NCBI GenBank assembly: GCA_016180435.1
Contig: JACPBG010000004.1
Coordinates: 134,151 to 198,150 of the forward strand
Origin: Candidatus Sungiibacteriota bacterium
GTDB lineage: Bacteria > Patescibacteriota > Minisyncoccia > Sungbacterales > HO2-52-23
Direction of reading: 5' to 3'
Length of the DNA stretch: 64,000 nucleotides
The position numbers were made by a program, and so were the translations under genes. The notes below the pieces were generated by a model. It was not told the origin of the DNA, made no database searches, and saw only the letters and a program-made list of their open reading frames with translations. Within the stretch, counting starts at the first letter, position 1. Every line of letters begins with the position of its first letter. Positions 57,979-64,000 of the stretch are shown here, in pieces.

Positions 57979-58725
57979 TTATATTTCTACACTTATTGGT
58001 AAATGATCAGAACCATACGAATTTAAAAATCTTCGTTTTGAAATAATTTTTGTTATATTGGGAAGTAAAATATAGTCAAGTTGCATAGGAAATTTAAGAA
58101 ATGTTAGTAAGCCCCTAAAGGGATTTTGAAGTTTATTAAGGTCAAAGGTGGCTCTCAAAATCGTTTTTTCGTTAATAAAAAATTCTCTAATTTTGAATCC
58201 AAAATATTTCCACACAAATATATTTATTACCGGATGCCCGAAAGTATTAAGATCCCCACAAACAATATTTTCACGCTGGGGGTTAAAATTCTCAAGAACT
58301 TCACGGAATTGAGACAAACGATGATATGGTCCAGCCACGCACCTAAAATGTACATTGAAAATTCGTAATTTACGTTCGCCTATGTCAATATCAGCATACA
58401 TTGAATCAGCTCTAAAATCCTGATATCTGTCATCTTGTTTTGTGATATCTTCATAGTAATTTTTATGCTTGATAACACCCTTATTTTGAATAGGGGTATT
58501 TGAGATTATTACTGTATACATTCTGTCTGGTTTCTTGCGTGAATTATTGTATACAAGAAATTCTTCTTCAAAATATAAATGCGCTGTCAATAAGTTTAGT
58601 TTCTTTAAGTCTTGAATCGGAAACTCCTGTAGGCAGATAACGTCAAATTTTCCGTTTTTCAAAAACTCAACAGCATCTGGCATTCTTTTATTATCCTTAT
58701 AAATATTCCACGATAAAATTTTCAT
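57979..58725 (-). CDS. Endonuclease/exonuclease/phosphatase (EEP) family protein
   Basis: Motifs SWNI, DVICLQE, NVH, CGDLN, LDYI, GSDHLP. Confidence 0.9.
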   Translation of the reverse strand: MKILSWNIYKDNKRMPDAVEFLKNGKFDVICLQEFPIQDLKKLNLLTAHLYFEEEFLVYNNSRKKPDRMYTVIISNTPIQNKGVIKHKNYYEDITKQDDRYQDFRADSMYADIDIGERKLRIFNVHFRCVAGPYHRLSQFREVLENFNPQRENIVCGDLNTFGHPVINIFVWKYFGFKIREFFINEKTILRATFDLNKLQNPFRGLLTFLKFPMQLDYILLPNITKIISKRRFLNSYGSDHLPISVEI

Positions 58726-58737
58726 TTTGTGAGTAGT

Positions 58738-59280
58738 TTAAAATTTTTCCGATTTAATGCCTAAAAAATGGCCGAGAAGATTTACTAAAGGGTGCAAGAT
58801 AGCAAAAAACAGCAGTCCGATAATATATATATCAGGATTAAAAATCATGTAGGTGGAGGTTAAAATAAATGCTCCCAATATCCAGTCTGTTTGATCAAAA
58901 AACCACCATGAATTTCGGGGCGGAATATCCATCTGTCTTTTGAAAAAACTTTTTACACAATCCCCGGCAAGCGCACCGAATCCAAGCAAGAATCCAAGCA
59001 GGATGAAATTTATAGACGCATAATCCAATAGGGCGTAAAAACCTATTTGATGTGCGAAGGTTTTTTCTAAATATACAACTGCGATCGAGGCAATTATTCC
59101 AAAGAAAAAACCCCGCACAGTTTTATGAGAACCAAATATTCTTTTCCCTCTAAAGTTTTTTCCTCCATCTGCAGGAAAATTTAAAAAATTAGTCTTTCGA
59201 ACAAAAACTGGTGTCATATTTGCAACACCCGCAGGAAGAAATAATAAAAATATTCCAACGATCTCATTCAAATAATACAT
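58738..59280 (-). CDS. CarS-like (CDP-archaeol synthase / DUF46) cytidylyltransferase
   Basis: Motifs PA..AN..PV, P.DGG....G.R.FG..KT.RG, GAL.GD..KSF.KR, DQ.DW. Confidence 0.85.
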   Translation of the reverse strand: MYYLNEIVGIFLLFLPAGVANMTPVFVRKTNFLNFPADGGKNFRGKRIFGSHKTVRGFFFGIIASIAVVYLEKTFAHQIGFYALLDYASINFILLGFLLGFGALAGDCVKSFFKRQMDIPPRNSWWFFDQTDWILGAFILTSTYMIFNPDIYIIGLLFFAILHPLVNLLGHFLGIKSEKF

Positions 59281-59285
59281 AAATA

Positions 59286-59897
59286 TTATTTTTGACTTTT
59301 AAGTATACTAAAAATTTTTACGCCCCCCGCAACTAATGAAATCGAGGTGAACAATATAAATATAGCGGTGGTCACATTAAAAATATTTATACCACTTAAT
59401 GCCCACAGCATATAAAGCGCGTAAAACAGATATTTACTTCGAAAAACAATGCTCGGTGGAACACCTAATGAATTTTGATATAAGATAAAAACTATAAGTA
59501 GTGAGTAGGTATATACATAAGTCAATCCTAATAAGGAATCGAGCATTGAATAATGAATGACTGTGGCGACAACAATGACCATTCCGGTATGATCGTTAAG
59601 CATGTCGAGGAAGCTACCAGCACGACTTGATTTTCCTGTCGCTCTGGCAAGAGGTCCGTCAACACCATCAAGTAACACATGAGCAAAAAGAAAAATAATT
59701 GAAAACCATGGATTATCAATGAAAAAATAGAAAAAACCACCCAAACTAATAAAACTAACAAAAGTAAGCATATTAGGGCTTATGTGAAGCCAAATAAGCG
59801 GTTTAAGAAAAACCCGCAGTATTTTATCCCGCATCAATCGAAATCGCTCCTGATGTTTTTCTTCTTTCGAAGAAAAGTAATGAAAATTGCCAGTCAT
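59286..59897 (-). CDS. CDP-alcohol phosphatidyltransferase family protein
   Basis: Motifs SPN.LT and the signature DGVDG.LAR......G..LD...D. Confidence 0.88.
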   Translation of the reverse strand: MTGNFHYFSSKEEKHQERFRLMRDKILRVFLKPLIWLHISPNMLTFVSFISLGGFFYFFIDNPWFSIIFLFAHVLLDGVDGPLARATGKSSRAGSFLDMLNDHTGMVIVVATVIHYSMLDSLLGLTYVYTYSLLIVFILYQNSLGVPPSIVFRSKYLFYALYMLWALSGINIFNVTTAIFILFTSISLVAGGVKIFSILKSQK

Positions 59898-60090
59898 ATA
59901 ATGATTGTAACATTTTTCCGACTTTAATGACGTTCCGCGCTGCAGAGCAGTGCGGGACGTCATTAAATTTTATCAATTTTCACGCAGGATTTAAACAATT
60001 AATCAGATCCATTGGCTTATCGTGAAGCGGGTTGACGTATGAGAGTAGAATCACCTTCGCAGGCCTGTGGAAAATTTTTACCCCAAGTTT

Positions 60091-60348
60091 TTAATCGTAA
60101 ATGCTGTGATCGCCTATTGAGTGAAACCAAACAATATCTTTTTCCGTAAATTCAAAAATAATACGATATTTTTGATCCGTACTAAATGCCCAGAATTCTT
60201 TAAGGCGGCCATTTAATTTATGCGTATCAAGACGCGAGTCAAAAGGATTATTTCTAAAAATCTTCTCTTTTTCTTCCGCTAAATCTTTAATGTGCCGAGG
60301 AAGTTTCTTATATTCCCGCTCAAATTTTGAGGAATAGTAAATCTGCAT
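60091..60348 (-). CDS. RelE/YafQ-family mRNA interferase toxin
   Basis: Motifs F.R.YKKL, NPF...L.THKL.G.L..FW.F, YRIIF, IG.H.IY. Confidence 0.88.
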   Translation of the reverse strand: MQIYYSSKFEREYKKLPRHIKDLAEEKEKIFRNNPFDSRLDTHKLNGRLKEFWAFSTDQKYRIIFEFTEKDIVWFHSIGDHSIYD

Positions 60349-60363
60349 AGCAGAGGCACGCTA

Positions 60364-60579
60364 CTATCTTAAATCCTTTAGCGACCTCAACATCTTTCCC
60401 CCGCCTCTCTGTAATTCTTCTCTGGATTCTTCCAGTTCCGTCGCAAATTTTCCCGCCATCCATAACCGTAAAAGCATACGAAAAAATTCACTTTTAGTGG
60501 AAAAATGTTCTTTCTTTACACTTTTCTCAACTATCCGCGCCATTTTTTCGGGTAATGAAATATTGATAATATTACGCAT
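60364..60579 (-). CDS. Ribbon-helix-helix antitoxin
   Basis: Motif IINISLP......V...VK...F..KSEFFR.LLR; lies upstream of the toxin. Confidence 0.85.
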   Translation of the reverse strand: MRNIINISLPEKMARIVEKSVKKEHFSTKSEFFRMLLRLWMAGKFATELEESREELQRGGGKMLRSLKDLR

Positions 60580-60668
60580 AATTGGTAAAAAGGTTAGCTG
60601 TAACAACTTATATTACAATATTATTCCTCTGAACATGGCGCTGTCAAGCTCGAGTTTTGGACAAAAAA

Positions 60669-60878
60669 AGCCGGAGGGGAGAATCCCGCCACCAGAATTT
60701 CGACTGTTGCTTTAGTGACCATTCGGTTCGAAATCCCTTTTTCCCGTATATAAACTTTATCTCGCCAGCTTATTCGAGGCAACCCGAAAAAGTCGAAATT
60801 CGGTGCGGGACAAGTCGAACTCCCGACCTACGTTTATCCCGTTAGAGCCGCCTCGGAGATTTGAACTCCGGACCTACG
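60669..60878 (-). pseudogene. Two displaced tRNA-Thr-like 3' halves
   Basis: 60846-60878 is identical to the 3' half of the intact tRNA. 60669-60832 reconstructs CGT AGGTC GGGAG TTCGATT CTCCC CTCCGGC T once the insert at 60684-60814 is removed. Confidence 0.75.
60684..60810. mobile_element. TCCCG-terminated element (subfamily B, no tRNA cargo) in the T loop of a tRNA fragment
   Basis: Terminal IR TCCCGCCACCAGAATTTCGACT / AGTCGAAATTCGGTGCGGGA, followed by 4 extra nt (CAAG). Confidence 0.75.
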
Positions 60879-60882
60879 TTTA

Positions 60883-60974
<92 letters not shown>

Positions 60975-61090
60975 CGAACTTTAGATGCTTCACCAAGCTC
61001 AGCATGACTTTCTTAAACAGTAACTAATTGATACAATATCATCTTTTATTCAATTTTCCAAATTATATGCATGCATATATAATAGAAGGT

Positions 61091-61477
61091 ATGGGGTTAA
61101 CCATACTCATAAGCGAATATATCGCCTGGCATTATGGCCGGGCGCCAACCGAAATTTTAGAACTCGGAAGAAATTTTTTGTGGTTTGGTTGGAACGTGTT
61201 TTCCGTAGAATTACTTTCCAAAACCCTGTTCGCGCCCTTTTACCGGATACAAGAAGGATATAAAAATTGGACGGATTTTGAAGCGCTGGGGGAAACAATC
61301 GTAGCCAATACCGTTTCACGCGCGGTGGGATTTTTATTGCGCATTTTTATTATTGCCGCGGGATTCCTATTTGAAACGATAATCTGCATAGCGATGGTTA
61401 TGGCGCTCACGGCCTGGATTTTATTCCCGATATTTATTCCCTTTTTAATTTTTAGCGGAATATATCTTTTATTCTGA
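61091..61477 (+). CDS. Small membrane protein upstream of the Clp ATPase
   Basis: Pattern WHY..AP...N...F....FS..LL.KTLFAP..R...N.VSR.VG...R with two TM helices. Confidence 0.75.
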   Translation: MGLTILISEYIAWHYGRAPTEILELGRNFLWFGWNVFSVELLSKTLFAPFYRIQEGYKNWTDFEALGETIVANTVSRAVGFLLRIFIIAAGFLFETIICIAMVMALTAWILFPIFIPFLIFSGIYLLF

Positions 61478-61481
61478 TAAA

Positions 61482-64000
61482 ATGAATAAATTTGAAATCT
61501 CAAAAAATAAGTTCAGCGGAGCGATTGCGTTAAACTCCTTATTTCCTTCATCGGTCCGCGCCCGTTCACTGGCCATCTGCGGCGCCGCAACTATAATTTT
61601 CCTGGCGCTAGCCGCCATACGCGCCGGGTTTGCATTTGCGGCCAAAGGATTGCCGTCCGCGGTAATTTCAAAAATTCCTGCTGCGGATTTTTTGCCGGAT
61701 TATACGTTTTTTATCGGCGCGGCCATGATTTTTTCAGCCCCTCTTTTGGTTCTCCTTGCGCTGGAGGGGTTTGCCAATTCCAAAACCGGAGAAAAAGGCG
61801 GGCCGCCAGGGGCGAGCCTCGCCAAAGGCGGGCCGCCAGGGGCGAGCCTCGCCAAAGGCGGGCCGCCAGGGGCGAGCCTCGCCAAAGGCGGGGATAGCGC
61901 AGGTGCGAATACGGCATCGCGCCTTAATTTTTATGCTTCGGAATTATGGATGGCCGGTCCGGGATTTTCCCGAAATTCCGATACTGATTCGTTTTTTGAC
62001 GCGCTTCCGCAAACCGAAATCGGAAACTCATTCCTGATGCGTCTGGGCATTGTCCCCGAAATATATCAGGAATTCCGGCAAGCGCAGAAAAAACAATCGG
62101 AAGCCGTACCGCTTATCAATCTTGCTGAAGAATTAACGCCGCAAACCCAAAGCGGAAATGGCGAAGAAATTACTTTTACCGATTTGCTTTCCGCGCTTTT
62201 CGGACAAAACGGACCTAAAATTTTTTTTGATACAAGAAGCGTTCCGGCGCAGACCATACGCCGCACCGCCGAATGGCTCGAGCATGAATTCATGAAGCAG
62301 GACCGCAAACGCAGATGGTGGCTTCGAGAAAATTTGGCGCGCGTACCGGGATTTGGCAAGGACTGGGCATATGGCTCAACCCCTCTTTTGCAAAAATTCG
62401 CCTATGACTTATCGGATGAAGCCGTCCGCATGGAAGGAGCAAAACTCATAGGCAAACAGCGCGAAATCGAAATTCTGGAATCCGCGCTTCTTAAACAATC
62501 GGGCGCCAATGTAATAATTGTCGGGGAGGCGGGGGCCGGAAAATACACCACGCTTTTGGGACTCGTGCGCATGATCGCCTGGGGGCAAATTTTTCCGCAA
62601 CTTGAACATAAACGTGTTTTCAAACTGCAAGGATCGGCGCTAATAGCCTCCGGTAAAACCAAGGGGGAAATCGAAGAACTCTTGATACGCCTCATGAATG
62701 AAGCGGTAGGCGCCGGAAACATTATTCTGGCAATCGACGAATTTCCGGAATTCGTCGACTCGCTTGCCAAAACCGGCACTAATGCCGTAGAAATTTTATC
62801 GCCGTATCTTTCGGGTTCGGGCGTGCATATTATTGCGCTCGGAGATGCTTTAAGCTTTCGGCGCATCATAGAAAATAACGCGGGACTTATGAAATATTTT
62901 GCGCGGATCGACATTACGGAACCCGAGGGAGAACGGCTTTTGGAAATTCTGGAGGAGCACGTGCCAAATGTTGAATACGCCTACGGAGCACGCGCAGTAT
63001 TCACCTATCCTGCGCTTGAAAAAATCGCGCAAAGCTCCACGGAAAATCTTGTACAGGGCGCGTTGCCCAAGCGCGCGATTGATCTTATGGAAGAAGTTAT
63101 GAAAGAAGCGATTTCGCGGGGCATGTTTTATGTAACGCCGGAACTTGTAATGGAGATCATAACCCGAAAAACCGGCATACCGCTTGGTGAAGTTTCCGGA
63201 GAGGAGCAAAAAAAACTGCTGGGACTCGAAGAATTTTTAGCCAAACGCGTCATCGGACAAAATGAGGCCGTACGCGCCGTATCGGATGCCATACGCCGCG
63301 CTCGCTCCGGCATCCAAAACCCCAAACGTCCCATCGGCACATTTCTATTTTTAGGACCCACGGGCGTTGGAAAAACCGAAACCGCGAAAGCGCTCGCCGA
63401 AACATATTTCGGGAACGAAGAGAGTATGGCGCGCTTTGACATGACCGAGTATCAAAGCGAAGAGGGGTTTGAAAAATTAGTCGGATCGTTCGAAAAAAAC
63501 GAGCCCGGGCTTTTAACCAGCCGCATGCACTTCTCGCCATACGCCCTGGTGCTTTTGGATGAATTTGAAAAATGCAGTGCGGGAGTGAAAAATTTATTTT
63601 TGCAGGTGCTGGACGAAGGGTTTTTCACGGATCATCTGGGACGAAAAGTAAACATGCGAAATACCATAATAATCGCGACTTCCAACGCCGGATCCAAACT
63701 TATTTGGGAACTGGTGCAAAAAGGAACCGATCCGGCATCCGTAAAAAATGAGCTTTTTTCCTATATTCAAAAAGAGGGAATTTACAGTCCGGAACTTTTG
63801 AACCGCTTTGACGCAGTGGTCATATTCAGCCCCTTAAAACCGGAAACATTATCACAGATTGCGCGCCTTGGCCTTGAAAAACTTAGATCGCGCCTGAAAA
63901 AATCCAAGAATATAAAACTTGTAATCACCGAGCCCCTGATCAATGCGGTTGCCAGCGGAGGATATGACCCGGTATTTGGCGCCCGCCCCATGCAAAGGTT
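61482..64000 (+). CDS. ClpA/B/C-family AAA+ ATPase with N-terminal TM region; runs off the window, not in the ORF track
   Basis: Open from ATG 61482. Walker A GEAGAGKYT and GPTGVGKTETAKALA; also LPKRAIDL, VIGQNEAV, LLDEFEK, PELLNRFD, FGARPM. Confidence 0.92.
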   Translation, partial: MNKFEISKNKFSGAIALNSLFPSSVRARSLAICGAATIIFLALAAIRAGFAFAAKGLPSAVISKIPAADFLPDYTFFIGAAMIFSAPLLVLLALEGFANSKTGEKGGPPGASLAKGGPPGASLAKGGPPGASLAKGGDSAGANTASRLNFYASELWMAGPGFSRNSDTDSFFDALPQTEIGNSFLMRLGIVPEIYQEFRQAQKKQSEAVPLINLAEELTPQTQSGNGEEITFTDLLSALFGQNGPKIFFDTRSVPAQTIRRTAEWLEHEFMKQDRKRRWWLRENLARVPGFGKDWAYGSTPLLQKFAYDLSDEAVRMEGAKLIGKQREIEILESALLKQSGANVIIVGEAGAGKYTTLLGLVRMIAWGQIFPQLEHKRVFKLQGSALIASGKTKGEIEELLIRLMNEAVGAGNIILAIDEFPEFVDSLAKTGTNAVEILSPYLSGSGVHIIALGDALSFRRIIENNAGLMKYFARIDITEPEGERLLEILEEHVPNVEYAYGARAVFTYPALEKIAQSSTENLVQGALPKRAIDLMEEVMKEAISRGMFYVTPELVMEIITRKTGIPLGEVSGEEQKKLLGLEEFLAKRVIGQNEAVRAVSDAIRRARSGIQNPKRPIGTFLFLGPTGVGKTETAKALAETYFGNEESMARFDMTEYQSEEGFEKLVGSFEKNEPGLLTSRMHFSPYALVLLDEFEKCSAGVKNLFLQVLDEGFFTDHLGRKVNMRNTIIIATSNAGSKLIWELVQKGTDPASVKNELFSYIQKEGIYSPELLNRFDAVVIFSPLKPETLSQIARLGLEKLRSRLKKSKNIKLVITEPLINAVASGGYDPVFGARPMQR
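61794..61892. repeat. 30-bp palindromic tandem repeat (about 3.3 copies), in-frame in the Clp ATPase
   Basis: Unit GGCCGCCAGGGGCGAGCCTCGCCAAAGGCG occurs three times, encoding KGGPPGASLA. Confidence 0.9.

Noticed and set aside
60669-60878. Classical prophage or integrative-island att site
   Set aside because: No integrase is present, and the fragments adjoin the tRNA through IR ends rather than bounding an island. A decayed island cannot be fully excluded.
61700-62037. Alternative-frame ORFs over the 30-bp repeat suggesting a broken Clp gene
   Set aside because: The frame from 61482 stays open through the repeat. The track omits the gene only because it has no stop in the window.

Overview
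A 64-kb bacterial chromosome segment (standard code; TGA is a stop). The gene content suggests a Patescibacteria/CPR (Parcubacteria-like) genome; this is an inference from the tandem TrbC/VirB2-type pilins, short S1, TM-anchored Clp ATPase and DUF5663-like gene. Housekeeping genes: rpsA, gyrA, rpmG, ftsEX, prfB (+1 frameshift), truD, a guaB/GMP-reductase-family gene and five intact tRNAs. Accessory blocks: an alditol-phosphate polymer locus, a cluster of three PaaK-like ligases with a TPP enzyme and methyltransferase, three TA modules (two with dead toxins), and an AT-rich lipid-headgroup islet. The most striking signal is a family of short non-autonomous elements with (C/T)CCCG...CGGG(G/A) termini and 4 extra flanking nt. 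They sit inside tRNA loops and carry an intact tRNA with the same anticodon (Leu-TAG, Gln-CTG) or the same apparent identity (Thr-CGT), with nested re-insertions. A matching element end lies beside a duplicated small-protein gene tail. Also present: two families of ~140-160 nt rod-like elements with covarying stems, several REP-like palindrome families (two inserted in-frame into gyrA and the Clp ATPase), and a 1265-aa Myb-like/dual phosphoesterase-like protein. All calls come from reading the sequence; no database searches were run.
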